A DNA stretch of 34,120 bases. It comes from Alphaproteobacteria bacterium (GTDB taxonomy: Bacteria > Pseudomonadota > Alphaproteobacteria > Holosporales > JBOFFI01). Numbering within the stretch: the stretch's first letter is position 1; each line of letters opens with the position of its first letter. The translations under genes were made by a program, and so were the position numbers. Location: positions 1 through 34,120 of the forward strand of contig JBOFKH010000255.1 in assembly GCA_051657225.1 (NCBI GenBank), read 5' to 3'. Positions 1 through 7,810 of the stretch are shown here, piece after piece. The notes beneath the pieces were generated by a model that was not told the DNA's origin, made no database searches, and saw only the letters and a program-made list of their open reading frames with translations.

Positions 1-1898
1 TTGATCTGAAGCAGAATATTTTGGAAAAACTTAAGGTTTCTCAGCGGATTGAGTTAATCATAGGTTATATCAATACTGAGATTGAACTATTCAAAGCGGA
101 AAAACGCATTCAGAACAGGATTCGTAACCAGGTTGAGCAGAATCAGCGAGAGTATTACCTGACAGAGCAGCTGAAGGCGATTCAAAAAGAGCTTGGAGAA
201 TCTGACGAAGCTCGGGATGAGTTGCGGGAGCTGGAGGAGCGGATCGAAAAGACGAAGCTTTCCAAGGAAGCCAAAGAGCGCGCGAAATCTGAGCTCAAAA
301 AGCTTAAAAATATGAACCCCATTGCGGCAGAAGCGACAGTGGTTCGGAATTATTTAGATTGGTTGCTTTCCATTCCTTGGGATAGCCGAACAAAAGTTCG
401 CAAAAATCTCTCAAAAGCTGAAGCTATTTTGAACGAAGACCACTACGGCCTTGAGAAAGTTAAAGAACGCATTTTAGAATTTTTGGCTGTTCAGACCCGT
501 GTTGATAAGGTGAAGGGGCCCATTTTATGTTTAGTAGGGCCTCCAGGCGTGGGAAAAACATCCCTTGGAAAGTCTATTGCTAAAGCCACCGGGCGCCAAT
601 TTGTGCGCATTTCCGTGGGCGGGTTGCGCGACGAATCTGAGATTCGAGGACACCGCCGGACGTACATTGGCTCAATGCCGGGCAAAATTGTCCAAGGCAT
701 GCGGAAATCGAAGTCTTCTAACCCTCTTTTCTTGCTAGATGAGATTGATAAAATGGGTTCGGACTGGCGTGGGGACCCTTCTTCGGCGTTGTTGGAGGTA
801 CTGGACCCGGAACAAAACACCGCGTTTAATGATCACTATTTAGAGGTAGACTATGATCTCTCAGATGTCTTGTTCGTGACCACGGCTAATAGTTTGAATA
901 TGCCGCTCCCGCTTTTAGACCGGATGGAGATTATTCGCATCTCTGGTTATACAGAAGATGAAAAGGTTGTGATTGCTCAGCGTCACTTGGTCCCTAAACA
1001 GCGGGAGCTTCATGGGCTGAAGGAAGATGAATTTTCTATCAGTGAAGAAGGTCTAAGAATCCTGATTCGCAAATATTGCCGCGAATCAGGTGTTCGAAAC
1101 CTAGAACGTGAGATTGCAAGCCTTTCTAGAAAAGCGGTTAAAAGCATTGTGCTGAAGAAGGTAGATCACCTCAAATTGACCAAGACAAATCTTGAGAAAT
1201 ATGCAGGCATCCCTCGATATCGTTTTGAGGAAGCAGACCTTACAGATTTGCTGGGCATTACCACAGGCCTTGCCTGGACAGAGGTGGGGGGGGAGCTTCT
1301 TTCTATTGAGGCGGTGATGCTTCCTGGGAAGGGCAAGATCATGACGACGGGTAAGCTGGGAGAGGTGATGCAGGAGTCTATTCAGGCAGCATCTAGCTTT
1401 GTACGTTCCCGGGCTGCGGCCTATGGCATCAAGCCCACTTTATTTGAGAAAAAAGATATTCACGTTCACGTGCCTGAAGGGGCGACGCCGAAAGACGGAC
1501 CTTCAGCCGGTGTTGCTATGTGTACGTCTATTGTTTCAGTTTTGACCGGTATTCCCGTTAAGGGGAACGTGGCTATGACGGGAGAGATCAGCCTGCGAGG
1601 GCGCGTACTTCCCATTGGTGGCTTAAAAGAGAAACTGTTAGCGGCCCACCGTGGAGGCATCAAAGAAGTCTTGATCCCAGAAGAAAACCTAAAAGATCTT
1701 GAAGAAATCCCAGAAAACGTGAAAAAAGGCTTGCAGATTATCCCCGTTGCTAAAGTGGATGAAGTGTTGGAGCATGCCCTGGTTCGTAAATTCACGCCAA
1801 TTGAGTGGATAGACGAAAATCTGGGGGACCATCTTGTGGCAAACGTTTCACCAGGAGGCGAATCATCTGCTATAGAGCCGTCTCCTACGACCCATTAG
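1..1898 (+). CDS. lon: ATP-dependent Lon protease, 5'-truncated by the window edge (AAA+ and protease domains present)
   Basis: The frame is open from the window start, so the listed start at 21 is internal. Walker A is [11 protein letters not shown] and Walker B is [10 protein letters not shown]. The protease-domain Ser motif is [11 protein letters not shown] and the Lys motif is [14 protein letters not shown]. Confidence 0.97.
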   Translation, partial: DLKQNILEKLKVSQRIELIIGYINTEIELFKAEKRIQNRIRNQVEQNQREYYLTEQLKAIQKELGESDEARDELRELEERIEKTKLSKEAKERAKSELKKLKNMNPIAAEATVVRNYLDWLLSIPWDSRTKVRKNLSKAEAILNEDHYGLEKVKERILEFLAVQTRVDKVKGPILCLVGPPGVGKTSLGKSIAKATGRQFVRISVGGLRDESEIRGHRRTYIGSMPGKIVQGMRKSKSSNPLFLLDEIDKMGSDWRGDPSSALLEVLDPEQNTAFNDHYLEVDYDLSDVLFVTTANSLNMPLPLLDRMEIIRISGYTEDEKVVIAQRHLVPKQRELHGLKEDEFSISEEGLRILIRKYCRESGVRNLEREIASLSRKAVKSIVLKKVDHLKLTKTNLEKYAGIPRYRFEEADLTDLLGITTGLAWTEVGGELLSIEAVMLPGKGKIMTTGKLGEVMQESIQAASSFVRSRAAAYGIKPTLFEKKDIHVHVPEGATPKDGPSAGVAMCTSIVSVLTGIPVKGNVAMTGEISLRGRVLPIGGLKEKLLAAHRGGIKEVLIPEENLKDLEEIPENVKKGLQIIPVAKVDEVLEHALVRKFTPIEWIDENLGDHLVANVSPGGESSAIEPSPTTH

Positions 1899-1924
1899 GT
1901 TTTTACCAGATTGAGGAATATTTT

Positions 1925-2665
1925 TTAAAGCGCGGTTGGGCGGAAACGCCGGGCTATGTACATCATAGGGGTATGCAAGAGTAAGATCAGAGCCCTGATG
2001 GTGTAAGCGCCTAAAATATAGCTCCACCAAAGGGTATTCCAGCCCATGGGTGTGGAAGCAAAAACCACCCAGGCTAGGAGGCTGAAGATAACGTGATCCA
2101 CAAATCCAGACACAAGATTTGAAAGGCTTGTGCGGAACCACAGGTGCTGGCCTTTTGTCAAACGCTTAAGCGCTGCAAAAATCCAAATATCATTATACTG
2201 GCTCATCATATAAGCCAGCAGGCTTGCTGCAACAAGGGAAGGCACTGGCAAGAAGATTTTTTCCATAGCGTCCTGTATCCCTGCTTGGCAGGGGGTTGGG
2301 GCTTTTGGATGCGCCACTGTTATCAACATCCAAACCATAAAAAGAATCAAAGCACCAAAATGAATCCAGATGGCTTTCTTGGCTTTTTCAACTCCATAAA
2401 ATTCAGTCAATATATCACTGCATAAATAGAGGGAACTGAACACAATGGTCCCCAGGGCAACGGGCTCAGGAAAATAATCACAAGGAGAAATTTTTAAAAC
2501 TTGGAGCGTTGCGGCGATGATGGCAACCACGCCATAGGCAATAATCCCAAACGACCCCCATAACCTAAAAGCGAGAAGCAAGGCTATATTTGAGATTAAA
2601 AACGTCAAAATTATGAGGATTTCTGAAGAAAAAGGCAGGCTGGAAAGGAGGGGTGGTGAAAACAT
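1925..2665 (-). CDS. yhhQ: VUT/YhhQ (DUF165) family membrane protein, likely a queuosine-precursor transporter
   Basis: 246-aa polytopic membrane protein. Family-typical motifs are DILTEFYG and SNLVSGFVDHVIFSLLAW. It converges on lon with a 26-bp gap. Confidence 0.7.
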   Translation of the reverse strand: MFSPPLLSSLPFSSEILIILTFLISNIALLLAFRLWGSFGIIAYGVVAIIAATLQVLKISPCDYFPEPVALGTIVFSSLYLCSDILTEFYGVEKAKKAIWIHFGALILFMVWMLITVAHPKAPTPCQAGIQDAMEKIFLPVPSLVAASLLAYMMSQYNDIWIFAALKRLTKGQHLWFRTSLSNLVSGFVDHVIFSLLAWVVFASTPMGWNTLWWSYILGAYTIRALILLLHTPMMYIARRFRPTAL

Positions 2666-2711
2666 AAAACTCTTTTTAAGAAAAAAAATAAAAAAACCCC
2701 TAACGATGGGA

Positions 2712-2741
2712 TTGACGTGGATTAACTTTCATCGCTAGTAT
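2712..2741 (+). promoter_or_regulatory. Candidate sigma70-type promoter for hup (TTGACG-N18-TAGTAT)
   Basis: The -35 TTGACG is at 2712-2717 and the -10 TAGTAT is at 2736-2741, about 90 bp upstream of the hup start. Motif match only. Confidence 0.3.
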
Positions 2742-2828
2742 GCAGAAAAAGGCCGTTCTTGGGAATAGGCCGTGGGAAAAGTTTGGATAATTGGCCTTTT
2801 TCCACTTGGAAGATAATTAAAGGAAATA

Positions 2829-3119
2829 ATGAAAAGGATCATGGCCGTGAATAAAGAAGATTTAGTTACAGAAGTTGCAAATGCTGCTGGGATATCTAAA
2901 ACAGATACACGAAGCGTTATTGACGCTTTTATTAACGTTGTTACAGACGTACTTAAAAGAAATGACGATGTTCGCTTGGTTGGTTTTGGAACTTTCCTCG
3001 CCACGCATCGTAAAGAGTCTGAGGGACGTAACCCCCGGACCGGCGAGAAAATCAAAATCAAAGCTGCAAAAGTTCCTAAGTTTAGACCTGGAAAGCAATT
3101 AAAAACACTCATCAACTAA
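2829..3119 (+). CDS. hup: Nucleoid-associated DNA-binding protein HU
   Basis: 96 aa with HU/IHF signatures VRLVGFGTF and GRNPRTGEKIKIKAAKVPKFRPGKQLK. An AAGGA RBS lies 5 nt upstream of the ATG at 2829. An alternative start at 2841 is possible. Confidence 0.95.
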   Translation: MKRIMAVNKEDLVTEVANAAGISKTDTRSVIDAFINVVTDVLKRNDDVRLVGFGTFLATHRKESEGRNPRTGEKIKIKAAKVPKFRPGKQLKTLIN

Positions 3120-3359
3120 GATTATTTTTAAAAAGCCTTCTCGTGTAGAAGTGATTTGGCAGCATGCCTTTAGTTATCTTGGTTAAAGCTTTTGTTGTTG
3201 TCACGAGCGCTGAAAAATTATTAAATTCGACGTATGTTTTTGGGGATTCATAGGTTGAGTTACTTTCACGCGCTCGTTGACAATGCATAGCTTTAGAGAA
3301 AGTAAAAAACGACAGAAGATTGAGGTAGGCGCTTTAAGGCATGAAGACGCAAAAAAAAG

Positions 3360-3508
3360 AATAGACCTCTTTCGAAACTTCCTTTTATGGGCCGATGGGT
3401 GCGTCACTCCGGTGCTCAGATCCTCATGTACCCTAAGTACACTCCGGTCTTGCGCTCCGTTAGTTCCGCCCCTCAGTTCCCTAAAAGTGGTTTCGAAAGA
3501 GGTCTATT
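3360..3508 (+). mobile_element. MITE-like palindromic repeat element, copy A (~149 bp)
   Basis: Perfect 19-bp terminal inverted repeats: AATAGACCTCTTTCGAAAC at 3360-3378 and GTTTCGAAAGAGGTCTATT at 3490-3508. The whole element recurs reverse-complemented at 18797-18959. No ORF of its own. Confidence 0.8.
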
Positions 3509-3732
3509 GATTGCGTCAACTTTATCAAGCTTCATAGGAATTTGACACCGGACTTACTGTTGCAAGAGATCTATTAAAAAGGTGAAAGAAACTAGCTTGC
3601 AGGAGCCCCGTAAGCACTTAATTTATCTGGCTTGGTGACTTGTGCGAGTTTACCGCCTGTATCTGGACTAGCTTTTTTAAAAAAAATCAACTAGAATGAG
3701 ACTATCTTACTCTAAAAGAGGTTGTTGAGGCG

Positions 3733-3915
3733 GTGTCTTTTTGTTTTATGCTAACCGCAATGATTTTGGTTTTGGCTTCCCTCGTTGGGGGGCTTTTTCT
3801 TTTTGGACGTAGTTCCCCAGAGGCTTCCGCCAAGGGGCAAATACTGATGCGCTTGAGAGTTCTTTTTCAAGGCGCTGCGTTGCTTTTTTTTCTGATCGCT
3901 GTGAGCTTGGGTTGA
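3733..3915 (+). CDS. Twin-transmembrane-helix small protein (HIG1 domain family)
   Basis: 60 aa with two hydrophobic helices flanking the family motif LMRLRVLFQGAAL, and a GTG start. This protein type is typical of alphaproteobacteria. Confidence 0.6.
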   Translation: MSFCFMLTAMILVLASLVGGLFLFGRSSPEASAKGQILMRLRVLFQGAALLFFLIAVSLG

Positions 3916-3972
3916 TTACATTACGCCTAAAATTTTTCGTGGTGTCTTTTACCCCTTGCTTCTTAAAGTGCG

Positions 3973-3989
3973 AGCCCTAGCGGGGCTTT
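3973..3989 (+). terminator. Weak hairpin plus TTT downstream of the HIG1-like gene
   Basis: AGCCC / GGGCT stem with a 5-nt loop, followed by TTT. The stem is short, so this is tentative. Confidence 0.2.
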
Positions 3990-4047
3990 GATAGCCAAGC
4001 TTCTTCACCCCTAACCCTGTACTATTTACTCATGAGGATCTGTGCTG

Positions 4048-4299
4048 ATGTATGATTTTGTTTCGATGACATTTGAGAAAGCTCTACACGAGATGGAGGA
4101 ACTCATCAATTTGATGGAGAACCCTCAAACAACGTTGGAAGAGGCTATTCTGGCTTATGAAAAAGGAGCAAGTCTCAAGCATTTTTGTGAGGGAGAGTTG
4201 AAAAAAGCAAGGCTGCGGGTTTCTCAAATCAATATTGCCCAAGATGATCAGCTAGACCTTCAACCGTTTGATATGGCATTGCGTGGGGGAACTGCGTGA
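4048..4299 (+). CDS. xseB: Exodeoxyribonuclease VII small subunit
   Basis: The sequence MTFEKALHEMEELINLMENPQTTLEEAILAYEKGASLKHFCEGELKKARLRV matches the XseB helical-hairpin pattern. A GAGGAT RBS precedes the ATG at 4048. The ORF is open from the GTG at 4042, and an alternative ATG is at 4066. Confidence 0.85.
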   Translation: MYDFVSMTFEKALHEMEELINLMENPQTTLEEAILAYEKGASLKHFCEGELKKARLRVSQINIAQDDQLDLQPFDMALRGGTA

Positions 4300-5168
4300 G
4301 CCCTTTGCTTCAAGAAGCGCAACGGGAGGTAGAAAAATCTGTCCGGGGGTTTTTGAAGGAGCTGTTGGAGGCACTTCAAGGCCCCAGTTCGCTGAGAGAG
4401 GTCATGGCTTATGCCGTTCTTGGACCTGGCAAGTGCTTTAGGCCATTACTTGTTTTTGGAGCTGGGGAGCTGTTTCGCCTTCCAGCGTCGCAGCTTCTTC
4501 GGGTTGCCGCTTCTGTTGAGGTGATTCATGCTTATTCTTTAATTCATGATGACCTTCCCGCAATGGATGATGCGGATATGCGCAGGGGAAGGCCCTGCGT
4601 CCATAAAGCTTTTTCAGAAGCTTTGGCGATCTTGGCCGGGGATGCCTTGATCCCTTTGGCTTTTGAAATTATCACAACCCCACACACCAGCCCTTTTCCT
4701 GAAAAAAGACTTGAGCTTTGCCGCTTATTGGCGCAATTGATCGGCTCTGAAGGGCTTGTAGCAGGGCAAGTCTTAGATATCTGTGCAACGCTTTCCGACA
4801 CAACACCTGAGCAATTGCGAAAAATTCAGATCCTCAAAACAGGCACGCTTTTCTCTTATTGTCTTCAAGCAACAGCGCTTTTGGGAGATGCTTCTCCTGA
4901 ACAGCGCCAAGCCCTCCAGGTTTACAGCGATAACCTGGCGCTTGTTTTTCAAATGGCAGATGACCTGCTGGAATTAGCTTCAGTGTCTCAAACAGGAAAA
5001 CAACACGCCCATATATCGGTTACCTGGCCCACTTTGGTGGGGGAGGTTGAAACACATGAGGCAAGAGACAGGTGCGTAAAACACGCCCTTGATGCGCTCA
5101 CCCTTTTCGGGAAAGAGGCTCAGCTTTTACGAGAACTTCTTCAATTTTCAGCGTTTCGAACCCATTGA
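4296..5168 (+). CDS. ispA: Polyprenyl synthetase, farnesyl-diphosphate synthase type
   Basis: The first Asp-rich motif is LIHDDLPAMDDADMRRG and the second is FQMADDLLE. The GTG start overlaps the xseB stop (GTGA), and xseB-ispA is a conserved pairing. Confidence 0.9.
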   Translation: MSPLLQEAQREVEKSVRGFLKELLEALQGPSSLREVMAYAVLGPGKCFRPLLVFGAGELFRLPASQLLRVAASVEVIHAYSLIHDDLPAMDDADMRRGRPCVHKAFSEALAILAGDALIPLAFEIITTPHTSPFPEKRLELCRLLAQLIGSEGLVAGQVLDICATLSDTTPEQLRKIQILKTGTLFSYCLQATALLGDASPEQRQALQVYSDNLALVFQMADDLLELASVSQTGKQHAHISVTWPTLVGEVETHEARDRCVKHALDALTLFGKEAQLLRELLQFSAFRTH

Positions 5169-5261
5169 ATTTATCTAAAAATCACCCTTGACGTGGTGTT
5201 AAGAATGGCAGAGAGTAGGTTTTGTCGCGCCGTTGGTTAGTTAGATTAGGTAATTTGTGTT

Positions 5262-6113
5262 ATGACGTCATTTTCTTCTCTGCTTCAGCTTGTTCCTTCG
5301 TTAGAAAATATAGCCTCCCGCTACCAGATTTTTTTGGTTGATGTGGTGGGCGTTGTCCATGATGGCATAGCCCCCCACCCAGAAGCTGTTCATGCCCTCA
5401 ATCAGCTGTTGCTTCAGCAAAAAACCATCATTTTTATCTCAAATAACCCCAGGCCCCAGCAACTCGTTTCCCAAAGCCTGTTGCGTTACGGATTAAATCC
5501 AGGTTTTTTTGTTTTTACGTCGGGGGATTTAACCCGTTTTCTACTGACTAACGCTTTTAAAAATCAACCTATTTTCCACTTAGGAGCTTCCCGAAATCTT
5601 GAGCTGACCCAAAATTTAGAGCTGCATCTGGTGGATGATGTTGCAGACGCTTCTTTGATGTTGCTCACGGCTTTTTTGGAGGAAGAAGAGGATATCCACG
5701 AATTTGACCCCATCATCAAAACCTTAGTTGAGAAAAAGATTCCGGTTTTGTGTGCAAACCCTGACATGATTGCCATGCATGGCCCCAAAACTCACCGATG
5801 CGCTGGAACCATCGCAGCCTATATCCAAGAGCAAGGAGGCGAGGTCATCTTTGCTGGAAAGCCCCATTTAGCGATCTATGAACAGCTTCCTCTGGTGTTC
5901 CCTGAAATAATGTTTGAAAAATCAAAGATGGTGATGATTGGAGATACGCTGGAAACAGACGTTTTAGGCGGGGTGCAATTTCACATTGATACACTCCTCG
6001 TTCTAACGGGGAATACAGGCAACTTACTTCGAGCACAAAAACAAGACCTACCCACCTATCTCGCTGAATATCCCCAGCTGGTGCATCCAACATTTTTCAG
6101 CGAGACGCTCTGA
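5262..6113 (+). CDS. HAD-superfamily subfamily IIA hydrolase (substrate unknown)
   Basis: N-terminal HAD motif I-like FLVDVVGVVHDG, a C-terminal IGDTLETDVLGG Asp motif, and a cap region between them. Confidence 0.7.
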   Translation: MTSFSSLLQLVPSLENIASRYQIFLVDVVGVVHDGIAPHPEAVHALNQLLLQQKTIIFISNNPRPQQLVSQSLLRYGLNPGFFVFTSGDLTRFLLTNAFKNQPIFHLGASRNLELTQNLELHLVDDVADASLMLLTAFLEEEEDIHEFDPIIKTLVEKKIPVLCANPDMIAMHGPKTHRCAGTIAAYIQEQGGEVIFAGKPHLAIYEQLPLVFPEIMFEKSKMVMIGDTLETDVLGGVQFHIDTLLVLTGNTGNLLRAQKQDLPTYLAEYPQLVHPTFFSETL

Positions 6114-6156
6114 CGCATTAGATCCCAATCTAACGTTTGGAAAGATAGGATTTGTT

Positions 6157-7599
6157 ATGGAAATTTCTCCCATTCTCCTTTGGTTTCGCCAAGACCTTCG
6201 CCTCCAGGATCACCAAGCCTTGCAAGAGGCTTGTCGCACAAAATGTCCTGTTCTTGCTGTGTTTATTGAAGACCCTGGGTTTCCCATAGGGGCTGCTTCA
6301 CAGTGGTGGCGTTTCCATGCCCTTCAAGATTTAGAAAACCAATTGGCCCATCTGGGAATCAGGCTGATCATCCGACAAGGGGACAGCCTTCAACACCTGG
6401 CTCAGCTTATGGAGCAAACACAAGCCAAGCATCTTTTTTTTCACCGACGCTATACCCCAGCCGGGCAGCAGCAAGACAAGCTGATTCAACAGCATTTTGA
6501 AAAACAAGGCTGTTGTGTCAAGACTTACCCAGGTTTTTTATTGGCAGAGCCTTGGGAAATTGTGAATCAGCAAGGGAAGCCCTATCAAATTTTCACACCT
6601 TTTTGGAAAGCGTTGGAGCGGCGCTTAAGCTTTCAAACACCTTTTTTGGCTGAGGCCCCTAAAGCCATTTTCCCTTACACCCATCAAGGTGATCTAGAAA
6701 GCGTGAACTCGACGACGCTTTTTCAGGAACCTGCTTGGGCAGGCTCCTTGGGCGCATTTTGGGAAGTGGGTGAAGCAGCTGCTCACAAGCACTTCAGAAA
6801 TTTTTTACAAAAACCCGTTGAAACGTATCAAAGGGATAGAGATATACCTCATCTGGCAGGAACCTCTTTTCTGTCACCCTACCTTCACCTGGGGCAGATC
6901 AGCATCCATCGCCTTTATGCTGAGACCCGCAAGGCTTCACTCCAGACAAATTTTACATTTGACGGCTTTGAAACATTCTTGAAAGAACTAGGGTGGCGAG
7001 ATTTTTCCTATCACCTGTTGCACCAGTTTCCTTCCCTCAAAACCCATCCTTTCCGGCGTAAATTCGAACAATTTCCCTGGGAAGAAAATGCAGCCTGGTT
7101 AGAAAAATGGCAAACAGGTCAAACGGGTTATCCCTTGGTGGATGCAGGCATGCGTCAGCTTTGGAAGCTGGGGTGGATGCACAACAGGGTGCGGATGATC
7201 ACGGCTTCTTTTTTGGTTAAACATCTACGCATCCCTTGGCAGCAAGGTGAAGCATGGTTTTGGGACACCCTTGTGGATGCAGACCCTGCAAGCAACCCCG
7301 CCAATTGGCAATGGGTGGCGGGCTGCGGGGCAGATGCAGCCCCCTATATACGCATCTTCAACCCCCTTTCCCAAGGAGAGAAATTTGACCCTGAAGGTCG
7401 TTATATCAAAACATTTGTCCCAGAATTAAAAGACCTGCCTGCCCCGTGGGTTCACAGGCCTTTCGAAGCCCCCTCTTTTCTTCTGGCCCAATCAGGCATT
7501 GAGCTGGGAAAAACCTATCCTTTTCCCTTTGTTACCCACGATAAAGCACGGCAACACGCCCTCCAGCTTTATCAAACCTTCACAACTGACCCACGCTAG
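6157..7599 (+). CDS. phrB: Deoxyribodipyrimidine photolyase (class I CPD photolyase/cryptochrome family)
   Basis: N-terminal LLWFRQDLRLQDHQAL. FAD-binding domain motifs are TGYPLVDAGMRQL, WMHNRVRMITASFL and DADPASNPANWQW. Confidence 0.93.
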   Translation: MEISPILLWFRQDLRLQDHQALQEACRTKCPVLAVFIEDPGFPIGAASQWWRFHALQDLENQLAHLGIRLIIRQGDSLQHLAQLMEQTQAKHLFFHRRYTPAGQQQDKLIQQHFEKQGCCVKTYPGFLLAEPWEIVNQQGKPYQIFTPFWKALERRLSFQTPFLAEAPKAIFPYTHQGDLESVNSTTLFQEPAWAGSLGAFWEVGEAAAHKHFRNFLQKPVETYQRDRDIPHLAGTSFLSPYLHLGQISIHRLYAETRKASLQTNFTFDGFETFLKELGWRDFSYHLLHQFPSLKTHPFRRKFEQFPWEENAAWLEKWQTGQTGYPLVDAGMRQLWKLGWMHNRVRMITASFLVKHLRIPWQQGEAWFWDTLVDADPASNPANWQWVAGCGADAAPYIRIFNPLSQGEKFDPEGRYIKTFVPELKDLPAPWVHRPFEAPSFLLAQSGIELGKTYPFPFVTHDKARQHALQLYQTFTTDPR

Positions 7600-7810
7600 C
7601 TCTATATCAAGCTGTAAAAAATATGTCTCTTTTGGATAAAAACAAAAGCTATCAAACGGCTATAGGATTCATTTTTCATTCATTCTTTATTTGCTTATAT
7701 TCACTTTGGTTGTTTTTTTTAGTTAAAAATAAGGGAATAAATAGTGTCAAAAAAAATAGTATCTTCTTTAATCATTGCAAGTTGTTGCTTCAACAGTCTG
7801 CCGGTTTATG
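7586..7810 (+). repeat. Duplicated 5' block, copy 1: last 14 bp of phrB, the intergenic region, and the first 22 codons of the downstream gene
   Basis: By eye it aligns with 9609-9833 at a constant offset of 2023 bp with about a dozen differences. The encoded MSKKIVSSLIIASCCFNSLPVY is identical in both copies. Confidence 0.9.

Noticed and set aside
491-1795. Antisense and alternative-frame ORFs of 60-150 aa inside lon, typA, rnj, proS, rodA, gltX and other genes (many entries in the ORF track)
   Set aside because: All are embedded in strongly supported conserved genes on the opposite strand or in another frame, and none has a recognisable motif. They are typical shadow ORFs.
3277-3510. 77-aa ORF running through MITE copy A (with the antisense ORF at 3201-3407)
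   Set aside because: The ORF is made up largely of the repeat element and ends in its terminal repeat. It has no RBS and is not preserved in copy B.
3585-3680. Possible small RNA ending in ctagcTTTTTT upstream of the HIG1-like gene
   Set aside because: I could not find a stable GC-rich stem directly before the T-run, or a good -10 element after the TTGACA at 3542-3547. The evidence is too weak for a feature call.
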